Below are positions 13,608 to 26,900 of a stretch of 64,000 bases of DNA, piece by piece. Made by a program: the position numbers and the translations under genes. The stretch's first letter is position 1; the number at the start of each line of letters is the position of its first letter. This stretch comes from Macrostomum lignano (lineage: Eukaryota): the NCBI GenBank assembly GCA_002269645.1, contig NIVC01001313.1:186001-250000 (forward strand), written 5' to 3'. The notes beneath the pieces are model-generated. The model ran no database searches. It saw only the letters and a program-made list of their open reading frames with translations, and was not told where the DNA came from.

Positions 13608-15857
13608 GCCACAGAGACAGTCTGGTCACGATTCGGACGGCAGTTTTGATCGGTCCGGCTCGGACACTGACGAAGAGGAAGACAAAAAGCGCCAAATGGG
13701 TCGAGGAGCCTACATAGCGCCGCCAAGTTCGCTAGTTGAGCAGGACTCAAAGCCGCCGCCAGTTGATCAATCCTCCTCATCTGCCCAGTATCCGCCATTT
13801 GGAAAGCAGAGCTTAGCCGAGAAGCACAATGTCAGCAGCGCGGCGGCCAAAATGATGGCCAAAATGGGCTATAGACACGGCCAGGGTCTCGGTCGCGAAG
13901 GCCAGGGCATGGCCTCGGCTCTGTCCGTTGAGAAAACTAGCAAGCGGGGCGGCAAAATTGTTAGCGAATTGGATCGGTATAAGAATCCCTCATTGGTGAG
14001 TGACTGCCTGCTGGATTTTATTGTCCTAATCTATTGCTCTCCCGAGTCCCTCCATCATAAAGCTGAAGCAGCGCATTGAGACTTTGCACAGAAACTTTGC
14101 CTATTTTAATAATTCTAATTTGCTGTCTAGTTAATCTCTCTAATTGCCACTTCTAATCCGCTCTGTAGTTAATCTCTAATTGCCAATTCTAATCCGCTCT
14201 GTAGTTAATCTCTCTAATTGCCACTTCTAATCCGCTCTGTAGTTAATCTCTAATTGCCACTTCTAATCCGCTCTGTAGTTAATCTCTCTAATTGCCACTT
14301 CTAATCCGCTCTGTAGTTAATCTCTAATTGCCACTTCTAATCCGCTCTGTAGTTAATCTCTAATTGCCACTTCTAATCCGCTCTGTAGTTAATCTCTAAT
14401 TGCCAATTCTAATCCGCTCTGTAGTTAATCTCTAATTGCCACTTCTAATCCGCTCTGTAGTTATTCTCTCTAATTGCCACTTCTAATCCGCTCTGTAGTT
14501 ATTCTCTCTAATTGCCACTTCTAATCCGCTCTGTAGTTAATCTCTAATTGCCACTTCTAATCCGCTCTGTAGTTAATCTCTAATTGCCACTTCTAATCCG
14601 CTCTCTAGCTAATCTCTAATTGCCACTTCTAATCCGCTCTGTAGTTAATCTCTAATTGCCAATTCTAATCCGCTCTGTAGTTAATCTCTCTAATTGCCAC
14701 TTCTAATCCGCTCTGTAGTTATTCTCTAATTGCCACTTCTAATCCGCTCTCTAGCTAATCTCTAATTGCCACTTCTAATCCGCTCTGTAGTTAATCTCTA
14801 ATTGCCACTTCTAATCCGCTCTGTAGTTAATCTCTAATTGCCAATTCTAATCCGCTCTGTAGTTAATCTCTAATTGCCACTTCTAATCCGCTCTGTAGTT
14901 ATTCTCTCTAATTGCCACTTCTAATCCGCTCTGTAGTTATTCTCTCTAATTGCCACTTCTAATCCGCTCTGTAGTTAATCTCTAATTGCCACTTCTAATC
15001 CGCTCTGTAGTTAATCTCTAATTGCCAATTCTAATCCGCTCTGTAGTTAATCTCTAATTGCCACTTCTAATCCGCTCTGTAGTTAATCTCTAATTGCCAC
15101 TTCTAATCCGCTCTCTAGCTAATCTCTAATTGCCACTTCTAATCCGCTCTGTAGTTAATCTCTAATTGCCAATTCTAATCCGCTCTGTAGTTAATCTCTC
15201 TTATTGCCACTCCTAAACCGCTCTGTAGTTAATCTCTCTAATTGCCACTTCTAATCCGCTCTGTAAGTTTCTTCTAATCCGCTCTCTAGCTAATCTCTAA
15301 TTGCTCCTTCTAATCCGGTGTCAAGTCCCGTAAAACTTGTCCTCTCACATGACATGATGGAACAAATTTAACAGGCTATTTGAATCCGGGCAATATTTTT
15401 AAGCCGGTTCATTGATATGCTTTCCACCAACTCTGATCGCTTATCTGTCTACTTACTGTGACTTAAAAGTACACGTTTCTGTTGATAATATCACAAATGA
15501 AGCAGCGCCCCCCACCTGCCCCAATTAACCCTCGCGCAGGTGATCATGCTCACTAACATGGTCGGGCCTGGCGAAGTCGACGACGAACTAGAGGACGAAA
15601 TCAAAGACGAATGCCAGAAGTACGGCCCCGTAGTCTTAGTCACCATATTCGAATTTCAGCGACCGAATATTCCACCAGAGGAGGCTGTACGAATATTTGT
15701 CGAATTCGAACGCATGGACTCGGCAATTAAAGCTATGAACGAGCTCAATGGTAGATTCTTTGGCGGCCGGACAGTTACCTGCAGATTCTACGATACGGAA
15801 AAGTTCCGCGATTTGGAGCTGGAAGGCCAGCCTATGCCGCTTGAACTGAACGAGTGA
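12433..15857 (+). CDS. RBM17: Splicing factor 45 (SPF45/RBM17): G-patch plus C-terminal UHM/RRM
   Basis: Exons 12433-12722, 13350-13995 and 15540-15857 join in phase. Motifs MSLYDDL, DDYNPFYPNEY, G-patch KMMAKMGYRHGQGLGREGQG and UHM LTNMVGPGEVD...LNGRFFGGR. The first donor (GTTCGG) is weak. Confidence 0.93.
12765..13230 (+). repeat. About 19-20-bp minisatellite (CCCAGTCCTCAAATAGCCA) in RBM17 intron 1
   Basis: Tandem copies visible. Confidence 0.9.
14125..15315 (+). repeat. 34/36-bp minisatellite (CTAATTGCCACTTCTAATCCGCTCTGTAGTTAATCT) in RBM17 intron 2
   Basis: Over 30 near-identical tandem copies. Confidence 0.95.
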
Positions 15858-16449
15858 TTAAATCAGCCTTTCAGATTGCTTATTCATCACTAATGCTATT
15901 GCTAGCGTATGTTTGTGTATAGATACTTTTTGAAGGCTTTGTAAATTCGTCTCTAGTTTATTACCATCGGTAGCAAGAATCAACTATTTTGAACTACCGG
16001 CCTTCAAATTTAGACAAATTAATAAGAAAGTCTTAACAAATTCATAACTTTTCAGCTTCTTATCCTTCTATTTATGCAGCCCATTCTAATAATTGTTGTT
16101 AATGTTATTACAAATGTAAAGTTGTAAGTATACCACATTGTTTGTTTAATATATTGTGTCAGTAATTTGTGTTCCAATTATGCATCATTTACATGTCGCT
16201 GATGTACTTTTTTGTTATTTCTTCTCTGCTAACAGTTTTTGTAGCATTAGACCGAGATATGATGACAAGCTAGTTGTCAGGCTAGTTGATTTTTGGCAAT
16301 TTTGTTAATGCTTTTCAGGCATTGCGTTGCCGCCTGATGATACACAAACTCCACCAACTCTGAGATTGTCGGTCTTTTATAGCGTGCTGGTTAACATCAT
16401 TTAGTGTAGATTATAATGTTTTGCGGTATTATATAGATACCCAGGATAC

Positions 16450-16635
16450 CCTGAGGGTGACAGATTTCCCCGGGTGACATTGTGGGTGACAGATTCCCCC
16501 GTGTGACATTGTGGGTGACAGATTCCCCCGTGTGACATTGTGGGTGACAGATTCCCCCGGGTGACATTGAGGGTGACAGATTCCTCCCAAGTGACATTCA
16601 GGTAACATTGTCCGAGTGACATTGTGGGTGACATG
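16450..16635 (+). repeat. About 29-bp short tandem array (GTGACATTGTGGGTGACAGATTCCCCCGT)
   Basis: About 6 copies upstream of the ZC3H13-like gene. Confidence 0.85.
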
Positions 16636-16689
16636 CTTCCTAAGTAAGCAGTTTCAAATGTAAACTCTTATGAATTAACAAATGCATTC

Positions 16690-19600
16690 ATGTCTGACAA
16701 GAATCGGAAACGGGACAAGTTGAGTCCCTCCGCACGCCGGGACAAAGATCGGGACCAGCTAGTGGATCGGCAGAAAGCTGACAAGCACAAAGACTCGGAG
16801 AAGGCACATGGCAACAAGGACGCTAGTAAAGACGGCCGGCCAAGCGTATTCGATCGGCTAGGCTCTCGGTCAGCTAATAATGGCGGGCCTACCAGTGCTA
16901 AACGGCCCAAACAAGAGTTGGATAGAGACGCCGCTTCTGATGATAAAGAAGCAACAAACGACAAGCCAAAGGACAAGGAGAACGACAGAGACGACAAGAA
17001 ACAACAGCGTCGATCTTTGTCTATCGACGCTTCAACCGACAATGCTGTTGACCGGTGGAGTTCGCAAAAGCCCCAACAGCGGGTCAGGAAATTCACAGCC
17101 TTAAATACCAGTCAGCGCGTGCAGCCGGCTGCTAAACGGCAGCAGCAGCAACAGTCTTCTATTGGCCGGCGGGATAAGCGTAACTCGGGGAATCGCGGCT
17201 CTGCCGCCGCCGCCGCCGCTAGCGTTGGCCTTAATAAGCGGCGCAGTCGGTCCCAATCGGATCGGGCTAGCAAGCATTCGTCTGCTCGGTCTCGGTCCTC
17301 TTCATCGTCGGCTTCAGCCTCCTCAGCGTCCGGCTCGGCATCGGCTAAGTCCAGATCGAAATCCCCGGTTGCTAGCCAGCAGGTCAGTTTGTGTATAATT
17401 TATAGGTGTACATACTACAAGTCAAAGTACAAGTTCTCTACTTAGTAGAAAATTCAAATTGATGTTATCCTATGTTATAGTGTGCTAAAAGGTCTATAAT
17501 TATTGAAATGTTAATGGCTTCCAATGCATCCCCTTCCCAATGCAACCCCCTTCCCAATGCAACCCCCTTCCCAATGCATCCCCTTCCCAATGCAACCCCC
17601 TTCCCAATGCAACCCCCTTCCCAATGCAACCCCCTTCCCAATGCAACCCCCTTCCCAATGCAACCCCCTTCCCAATGCAACCCCTTCCCAATGCAACCCC
17701 TTCCCAATGCAACCCCCTTCCCAACGCAACCCCCTTCCCAATGCAACCCCCTTCCCAACGCAACCCCCTTCCCAATGTATCCCCTTCCCAATGCAACCCC
17801 CTTCCCAATGCATCCCCTTCCCAATGCAACCCCCTTCCCAATGCAACCCCTTCCCAATGCAACCCCCTTCCCAACGCAACCCCCTTCCCAATGCAACCCC
17901 CTTCCCAACGCAACCCCCTTCCCAATGTATCCCCTTCCCAATGCAACCCCCTTCCCAATGCATCCCCTTCCCAATGCAACCCCCTTCCCAATGCAACCCC
18001 CTTCCCAATGCATCCCCTTCCCAATGCAACCCCCTTCCCAATGCATCCCCTTCCCAATGCAACCCCCTTCCCAATGCAACCCCCTTCCCAATGCAACCCC
18101 CTTCCCAATGCAACCCCCTTCCCAATGCAACCCCTTCCCAATGCAACCCCCTTCCCAATGCAACCCCCTTCCCAATGCAACCCCCTTCCCAATGCAACCC
18201 CCTTCCCAATGCAACCCCCTTCCCAATGCAACCCCCTTCCCAATGCAACCCCCTTCCCAATGCAACCCCCTTCCCAATGCAACCCCCTTCCCAATGCAAC
18301 CCCTTCCCAATGCAACCCCCTTCCCAACGCAACCCCCTTCCCAATGCAACCCCTTCCCAACGCAACCCCCTTCCCAATGTATCCCCTTCCCAATGCAACC
18401 CCCTTCCCAATGCATCCCCTTCCCAATGCAACCCCCTTCCCAATGCATCCCCTTCCCAATGCAACCCCCTTCCCAATGCAACCCCTTCCCAATGCAACCC
18501 CCTTCCCAACGCAACCCCCTTCCCAATGTATCCTCTTCCCAATGCAACCCCCTTCCCAATGCATCCCCTTCCCAATGCAACCCCCTTCCCAATGCAACCC
18601 CCTTCCCAATGCATCCCCTTCCCAATGCAACCCCCTTCCCAATGCATCCCCTTCCCAATGCAACCCCCTTCCCAATACATCCCCTTCCCGATGCAACCCC
18701 CTTCCCAATACATCCCCTTCCCAATACATCCCCTTCCCAATGCAACCCCCTTCCCAATACATCCCCTTCCCAATACATCCCCTTCCCAATGCACACACGC
18801 GGATACGTACGCGGGCACACGCTCACACCGGGTGTAGCGCTGCCCTGACTGTCTCATCTTCACGCATGAAGACTCTCCGCTTTTGGGGTTGGCCATCATA
18901 GATGAGAATCCTACGACAAGCCCTGCGTGGCCACAATATGATTTATTGCAGGCCTCTCAGCAGAAGCCACCGCAGCAGCCATCTAATCAGGCCGTCGACC
19001 AGGTCGAACTGGCCCGCGAACTGTACAGACGGAAGCTGGCCAACCTGCCGCAGCCGTCGGCAATCAAGGAGCGTCGGGCCAAGCGGAAAGCTCAACTAGC
19101 CGAAGCGGCTGCGGCTGCCTCAGCCAACGGGCCGCTGCCACCGCCCGGCACTAACATCGTACTCGGCCTGGAGGACGATCTGCCGTCGCAGTCGCGCGGC
19201 AACCGCTACAAGTACGCCAACATGCCGTTCGCTCCGCCCGGCCGGCGACGTCTCAATGACGACGAGAGTCCCGCAGCTGTCGGCGCCGCCGCCGCCGCTG
19301 CCGCTAAAGCCGCAGCCGCAGCGGAAGCTGCCCGCCTAGCCGAGCCGTGCATCCTGACTGAGGTACTGCAGGATCTTGACGATGTCGAGGACGTATCCGA
19401 CACGGAGCTTACCCTGCCCGAGGAGGAGTGCCGCCTGGCCTCCATGCTCGGCCCGCCGCCGGCGCCTCACCGCGGCATCGTTGAAAGCCTCGGCGTCGAC
19501 TGGAACGTCCTCCGGTCTGCCGGAGCGGCCGCCGCTGGACATCAGCAGCAGCACCAGCTGGAGCATCAGCACCATCAGCATCAGTACTACTATCAGCGAC

Positions 19601-19875
19601 CTGCCGACCTCCTGCCCGGCCCTGTCCTCTGCCGGCTTGGCGTTTCCAAACGGCTGGCTGGCGATCAGCTCTACCGGCTCGTGTCCTGCCGGCTGCTCCA
19701 TCCCGGCCTGCTCAGCGATCGGCCTGCCGCGCACCGATCTCAGCTGGCCCGCCTGCGCGCCAGGGAGGCGCCGCTGCTAGGCTGCGCCGGGCCGCACGGT
19801 GGCGGCGCCCTCAGCGCCCGGGTCGACCTGTCTGTGCGCCGATTCTTGCTGGCTTCGCTAAGCGGAACAGCTTGA
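16690..19875 (+). CDS. ZC3H13: ZC3H13/Flacc-like protein (m6A writer complex adaptor), charged low-complexity N-terminus and conserved C-terminal domain
   Basis: Exons 16690-17382 and 18952-19875 join in phase 0. C-terminal EDVSDTEL...LGVDWNVL...LLPGPVLCRLGVSKRLAG matches the recalled ZC3H13 motifs EPISDDEL...IDVDWSGL...FTPGAVMLRVGISKKLAG. Confidence 0.75.
17520..18792 (+). repeat. 16/17-bp C-rich minisatellite (CCAATGCAACCCCCTTC) filling the ZC3H13-like intron
   Basis: About 75 tandem copies; explains the six repetitive ORFs at 17465-18901. Confidence 0.97.
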
Positions 19876-20269
19876 AATGTTGATTGTGTTTGTTTTCTAT
19901 ATTATTTATCTATTTGTTTTGTAATACCTTTTTTGCATTCTCTCAAGTTAGGCCGTCTGAATTGTGTTCACTTGTGTCTGGCCGAATATACTGCCTATAC
20001 AAATGGAATGCAAAAATGGTATAATATATAGCATTTTCCGCTTAAGTTCATCTCTACCTATAAAAATCATCATCCTATATACTAAAAATTTATTCTAGCA
20101 ATACTCAATGACCTCTTTAACCTTTATATAAGACTCCTTGGTTCTAGATCTATTAACTCCTTGGTTTATCCTAGGTTACTATTTTAATTTATTGGCTAGT
20201 ACTAAATTTAGTATATGGTTTCTCTATATTCAAATTCCTGCTCATTTGACCATAGGTTAAACATTGAGT

Positions 20270-20920
20270 ATCAACCATAGACTTACCATAGAACTAAACA
20301 TAGAATAGCTACCATAGACTAAACATAGACCATAGACTAACCATAGAATAGCGACCATAGACTAAACATAGAATAGCGACCATACACTAAACATAGACCA
20401 TAGACTAAACTATCTACTATAGGATATCGACCATAGACTAACCATAGACTATCGACCATAGACTAAACTTAGACCATCGACCATAGACTAAACTTAGACC
20501 ATCGATCATAGACTAAACTTAGACCATCGACCATAGACTAAACTTAAACCATCGACCATAGACTAAACTTAGACCATCGACCATAGACTAAAAATAAACC
20601 ATAAACTAAACAATCTACTATATGATATCGACCATAGACTAACCATAGACTATCGACCATAGACTAACCATAGACTATCGACCATGGACTAAACTTATAC
20701 TATCGACCATCGACTAAACATAGAATATCGACCATAGACTTAACATAGACCATAGACTAAACAATCTCCTATAGGATATCTACCGTAGACTAAACATAGA
20801 CCATAGACTAAACAATCTCCTATAGGATATCTACCGTAGACTAAACATAGACCATAGACTAAACAATCTACTATAGGATATCGACCATAGACTAACCATA
20901 GACCATCATCTACCATCGAC
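20270..20920 (+). repeat. Degenerate minisatellite built on ACCATAGACT
   Basis: Variable-length units sharing CCATAGACT. Confidence 0.85.
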
Positions 20921-21724
20921 TAGCATAGTCCTCAAGCGTGACTTTTTCAGCTATAACGCGCTCATACGATGCAACTTAATTGAAAAATGCTATTTATGAT
21001 GCTAGATGATCGCTGATTAATTTGATTGATACCTAGTTAAAATCGGTAAGAACTTGTCCTGCTTATATATTTTAATTTTCAAATAGTTTTTCCTACTATG
21101 CTACAATGCATTTGATCGATATATGTAATAATGAGTTATTATACATTAAATTATACGAGTAGTCGCATATGAGTATACAATACATTTATTTTAACCAGGG
21201 GGAGAGTTGTTATAGACACTTTTAGGGGTGTACTCTTGGGTAATTTAGGCAAGGTGCATTGAATAATGTATGTATTGAAACATTACTATCTGGATGTATC
21301 AATCCTTGTGTAAAGTTTGTTAACAATTTCAACTCCGCTTGTTAACAGTGAGCTTGATCTGTTTTGCCACTTTAATATTATCAATTCAAGTTGAACTTTT
21401 ATTTGTAATAGATGGGTACATATAAATTCTTTGTACTTTACTGTCTATTATGTTACGATTACTTCATGTATAATTCTGTAAATATCTGGCAATTATAAAA
21501 TATTCAAGACAATATATCAATAATAATTCTAGTTAATTGGCTCTGATAAACCGCATTTGTCAGTAAATTATCCTTTGACCGGCCTGATTTATTCATTTTT
21601 TTATATTAGACATTTGTTGATAATCAATATTAAAATAATTTTTGCTGTAAGATTAATTAGCCTTGATAATTTGTATCATACTATTGATTTTCTAATCATA
21701 AACATTACTATTGGCTTGAGTAGT

Positions 21725-22205
21725 ACGTAGTAGCAGCAGTAGTAGTAGTAGTAGTAGTAGCAGTAGTAGTAGTAGCAGTAGTAGTAGTAGTAGCAGTAGT
21801 AGTAGTAGCAGTAGTAGTAGTAGTAGCAGTAGTAGTAGTAGCAGTAGTAGTAGTAGTAGCAGTAGTAGTAGTAGCAGTAGTAGTAGTAGTAGTAGTGGTA
21901 GTAGTAGTAGTAGTAGTAGTAGCAGTAGTAGTAGTAGCAGTAGTAGTAGTAGTAGCAGTAGTAGTAGTAGCAGTAGTAGTAGCAGTAGTAGTAGTAGTAG
22001 CAGTAGTAGTAGTAGCAGTAGTAGTAGTAGCAGTAGTAGTAGTAGTAGCAGTAGTAGTAGTAGTAGCAGTAGTAGTAGTAGCAGTAGTAGTAGTAGTAGC
22101 AGTAGTAGTAGTAGTAGCAGTAGTAGCAGTAGTAGTAGTAGCAGTAGTAGTAGTAGCAGTAGTAGTAGTAGTAGTAGTAGTAGCAGTAGTAGTAGTAGTA
22201 GTAGC

Positions 22206-22237
<32 letters not shown>

Positions 22238-22310
22238 CAGTAGTAGTAGTAGCAGTAGTAGTAGTAGCAGTAGTAGTAGTAGTAGCAGTAGTAGTAGTAG
22301 CAGTAGTAGT
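21725..22310 (+). repeat. (GTA)n/(GCA) trinucleotide microsatellite
   Basis: Long gta run with periodic gca interruptions. Confidence 0.97.
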
Positions 22311-22559
22311 ATCTTAGTATATCTTAGTAGTTAATTAAGATACTACTAGGTAGTACTAAATCTTAAAATATCGCGTTACTTATTTTTCGTGTTAATATAT
22401 ATTCGTATATATAGGTTTTAATGGTATATTTCATCGCATTATTAACTGTACTATAAACATTGATTACTTGATTGACCACATTTTCTACTCACTTTTCAGC
22501 TAATTAAAAAATAAAACACGCACCGTTTTAGTGTTGTGAAAATTTGTTTGAATAAAATT

Positions 22560-23973
22560 TAAAAAAACGGTATCAAACAACTCAATTCAAGGTAAGCTGA
22601 ATTGCTTTTATTTCGCTTTTTTGCTAGATCGTCAGAGCTTCTCCGTGATGCTTATTGAATACAATAGATACTACTGATATTAGTTGATGTAACTGCGATT
22701 CTGATGACATGACTTTTAATATTTTTATTATACTTCTAAAATTCGGTCGTGCATCGTTGTGGCAAATTTGCTAAAGCTGGTTTCAAACTTATCTTTCTTT
22801 TCAGACACCAGGCCTTGTCCGCTCTCGTTATAAAGAGGTAAAAATATAAGCAATCAAAATGTATTAAATATTGGAGGAAAAACTAAAATGATGCTTTTTA
22901 TAAAAACAATAGATACTGCTGATTTCTACTAAAAGTAGTCTGATGCGATTCGGATTCTGATTTTTTTGTTTATAACAATTAGAGTATTGTTTTTATTACT
23001 TGTCAATTGAAATAATCATGCACTAATATAGTCTTTAATTTTTGTTTTTTTCAGTAGTCAACAACAGCTGTTAGGTGGCAGGCTATTTTTAACTTTCAGG
23101 TAAGCTTTTTAGCTGATCAAATACGAACTGTGTCGCATTGACTGGGTCTAGCCCCCCTTTAAGGATCAGGAGAGGGTAGCGCCCCCCCCCTCCAAAGGAT
23201 CAGGGAGAGGGTAGCGCCCCCCCCCCAAAAGGATCAGGGAGAGGGTAGCGCCCCCCCCGCCAAAGGATCAGGGAGAGGGTAGCGCCCCCCCCCCCGCCAA
23301 AGGATCAGGGAGAGGGTAGCGCCCCCCGCCAAAGGATCAGGGAGAGGGTAGCGCCCCCCCCCAAAAGGATCAGGGAGAGGGTAGCGCTCCCCCCCCAAAG
23401 GATCAGGGAGAGGGTAGCGCCCCCCCCCCCCAAAAGGATCAGGGAGAGGGTAGCGCCCCCCCCAAAGGATCAGGGAGAGGGTAGCGCCCCCCCCCCAAAG
23501 GATCAGGGAGAGGGTAGTGCCTTCCCCCAAAAGGATCAGGGAGAGGGTAGTGCCTTCCCCCCAAAAGGATCAGGGAGAGGGTAGTGCCTTCCCCCCAAAA
23601 GGATCAGGGAGAGGGTAGTGCCTTCCCCCCCAAAGGATCAGGGAGAGGGTAGCGCCCCCCCCCCCAAAGGATCAGGGAGAGGGTAGTGCCTTCCCCCCAA
23701 AAGGATCAGGGAGAGGGTAGTGCCTTCCCCCCAAAAGGATCAGGAAGAGGGTAGTGCCTTCCCCCCCCCAAAAGGATCAGGGAGAGGGTAGTGCCTTCCC
23801 CCCCAAAAGGATCAGGGAGAGGGTAGTGCCTTCCCCCCCAAAAGGATCAGGGAGAGGGTAGCAAAGTCTGTTTAAAATCTATTCTTAAAAGTGTACAGAA
23901 CCGATGTCATAGTGTACTAAATAAAGTTTTGCTGTTTACCTTAGGTTCCGAAGCAGGCATCTCATTGGCAGCC
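22560..23973 (+). other. Probable UNC-45 5' UTR exons (ending about 22591; 22805-22838; about 23055-23099; 23945-23973)
   Basis: Strong AG|GTAAG donors and polypyrimidine-AG acceptors flank short non-coding segments upstream of the UNC-45 ATG. Confidence 0.5.
23160..23865 (+). repeat. About 30-bp minisatellite (AAGGATCAGGGAGAGGGTAGCGCCCCCCCC)
   Basis: Tandem copies with variable C-run length. Confidence 0.93.
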
Positions 23974-26900
23974 ATGGTCAGCCCTAGCGACGCCGATCTC
24001 CGAGACGAATCGCCAGCCGGCCTAAAAGCCGCCGGTAATGAGGAATTCCAGCGGGGCAATTATCAATCGGCTCTGGATATCTATAGTCGGGCATTGGACT
24101 CGGGCAGCGATTTGCCAGCCGACCTGTCAATTGCGCTGCTTAGCAACCGGGCTCAGTGCGCGTTGAAGCTTGGCCAGCCCGAATCGGCCCTGACCGACTG
24201 TTCCGCTGTGCTGGAGCGCCGGCCGAACGACCCCAAGGCGTTGTTTAGACGGGCGTTGGCTTATGAAGCTACGGACAAATTGGCCGACGCTTATAAGGAT
24301 GCCAGTCAGCTGTTTAAGCAGGACCCCGGCAACAAGGCTGTGCAGCCCCTGCTGGCTAGGCTGCAGGTGAGTGCTTTGATTTTGGTTATTTTTTACCTCT
24401 GACTCCTGTGACTCTGGCTCCTTATTAATAACAGTTCTTTCATTTGTTGTACCACTACCCAGTTTCTGGTCTGTCCTACCCGATCCTCAGTTGCTGGACC
24501 AGCCTCCCAGATCCTCAGTTGCTGGACCAGCCTCCCAGATCCCCAGCCTCCCAGATCCTCAGTTGCTGGACCAGCCTCCCAAATCCTCAGTTGCTGGGCC
24601 AGCCTTCCAGATCCTCAGTTGCTGAACCAGCCTCCAAGATCCTCAGTTGCTGGGCCACAGCCTCCCAGATCCTCAGTTGCTGGGCCAGCCTCCCAGATCC
24701 TCAGTTGCTGGGCCACAGCTTCCTAGATCCTCAGTTGCTGGACCAGCCTCCCAGATCCTCAGTTGCTGGACCAGCCTCCCAAATCCTCAGTTGCTGGGCC
24801 AGCCTTCCAGATCCTCAGTTGCTGAACCAGCCTCCAAGATCCTCAGTTGCTGGGCCACAGCCTCCCAGATCCTCAGTTGCTGGGCCACAGCTTCCTAGAT
24901 CCTCAGTTGCTGGACCAGCCTCCCAGATCCTCAGTTGCTGGACCACAGCCTCCCAGATCCTCAGTTGCTGGGCCACAGCCTCCCAGATCCTCAGTTGTTG
25001 GTCCACTGCCGCCGCCCTCCCATTCTATCTGCAATTCAAGCCAGTCCTGTTCTAACACGTTTTCCTTTACTCTCGAATCCGCAAAATATAATGATGATAT
25101 CCTAATTAACAGGCTATTTGATATGTATTCATTAGCATAATTGATATGCATACTCCACCAACGCTGAGCTGCGCGGATTGTATATTGAACTACCTTAGTG
25201 CGTTCAAAAAGTTCTTAGACACCCCTCATATCTCTGCATCTGTTCGACCGATTTTGATGAGAATTTGTACAAACATGGGTCTATATTTGATGAATTCAGT
25301 GCTAGAGTTTCAGCTTGGTCGTATAGACAGAACGAAAGCAATCGATCATTTACTGACGAACCTACGAAATTAGCAATACGATTTTAAGCACATAACAAAA
25401 CGTACAAGCTAAAGGCCAAACGGTTCAAGTTGGCAAGTTCCCAAACTTCAAAAATCAGATCACCAATCATGAAAATCTTCGAAGTAATCACCGTTCCGTT
25501 GAATGCACTTGTCATACCGCATCGGCAGCTCTTCGATCCATCCTAACCACGTGTCTCTAGGAGTCGCTCTGATGAGCCCCTCAACAGCCGTTTGCAGCTC
25601 GGGGAAGCTAGCGAACCTCTTGCCTCTCAGCTGCGCCTTGACGTGTCTAAAAAGGCCATAGTCAGACGGTGCCAAACATGGACTCATCTTGAGTTACAAA
25701 TCTGCTTTTGAACTCGTCTCCCAGAGCTGAAATTGCCGCACTTTGTTGCAAGCAGTCTTCGTATCGGCGATTTTTCTGCTCGGCAGTTAGCAGTCTTGGC
25801 ACCCATCGAGAGACCAGCTTTGACAGACCAAGATGCTCGTGCAGAATTTGGAAGACCGAAATCTCGGCGGCATTGGCCAACTCGTCAATAGTGATGTGGC
25901 CGTTTTCACTTACCAGCTCTTCGATCAGGATGGCACTGCTGTCGTTGACTGCAGTAGCTGGTCGGCCTGAGCGCGGCTTGTCCTGCACGGTCGTTTCGCC
26001 GTCCTTTCTCTTCCGGACCCAGTTCGCGACGGTTGCTCGACAGCATGCATCATCTCCAAAACGGCTGACTAATCTCTGGTGGATAGTGTTCACGGACATG
26101 CCTTCGTCCACAAAAGCAAAAACGATCAGGCGCTGCGAAACTTTATCGCCATATGCACTAGCCATTCTTAAACCGTCCGAGGTTGGTACTGCATCTCAGC
26201 ATTTCAATCTGACGTTCGTTTTGCGCACTCAGTCTAATGCTGCCTACTGCTTCGTTCTATCTGTTTTTTGTCTATGTTAAAACCCTCGCAGCTTGAAAGT
26301 AATGATTAATCAATACTCAGCGAAAGCTTTTATTCCTCCAAAAACAAGCTGCGATTTCACAACCCCCCCCCCCCCATTTAGAGTGAGGTCCAGATCCGAT
26401 GCTGTTTAAAAATCGTATTGCTAATTTCGTAGGTTCGTCAGTAAATGATCGATTGCTTTCGTTCTGTCTATACGACCAAGCTGAAACTCTAGCACTGAAT
26501 TCATCAAATATAGACCCATGTTTGTACAAATTCTCATCAAAATCGGTCGAACAGATGCAGAGATATGAGGGGTGTCTAAGAACTTTTTGAACGCACTAAG
26601 GTACTTATAATAATAAACTAGTCTGGATAGTTCCCGATTTCTCACAGTTTCAACTATAAATTCCCAACTGGAACGCCAGGTCGCCTTGGAGAAACGCCGG
26701 GAAGAAGTCGGCACCACCGAGGCCAAGACTCGATCGATGTTATCGCTAATTTGCAGCGACGAAATTGAAACTGACGAAGAGAAACGAGTCCAGTGCCTCA
26801 ATAATATGACCGCCCTGTGCCGCCAGCCTGCCTGCCGGGTAGTTCTGTGGGATTCGCCCGGTCTGGTGCCCAGAGTGCTGCAACTGGCTACTAAATCTGT

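Noticed and set aside
17465-18901. Six long ORFs (430-460 aa) in both orientations
   Set aside because: These are translations of a stop-free 16/17-bp minisatellite inside an intron.
21895-22317. Poly-Val ORF
   Set aside because: Translation of the (GTA)n microsatellite.
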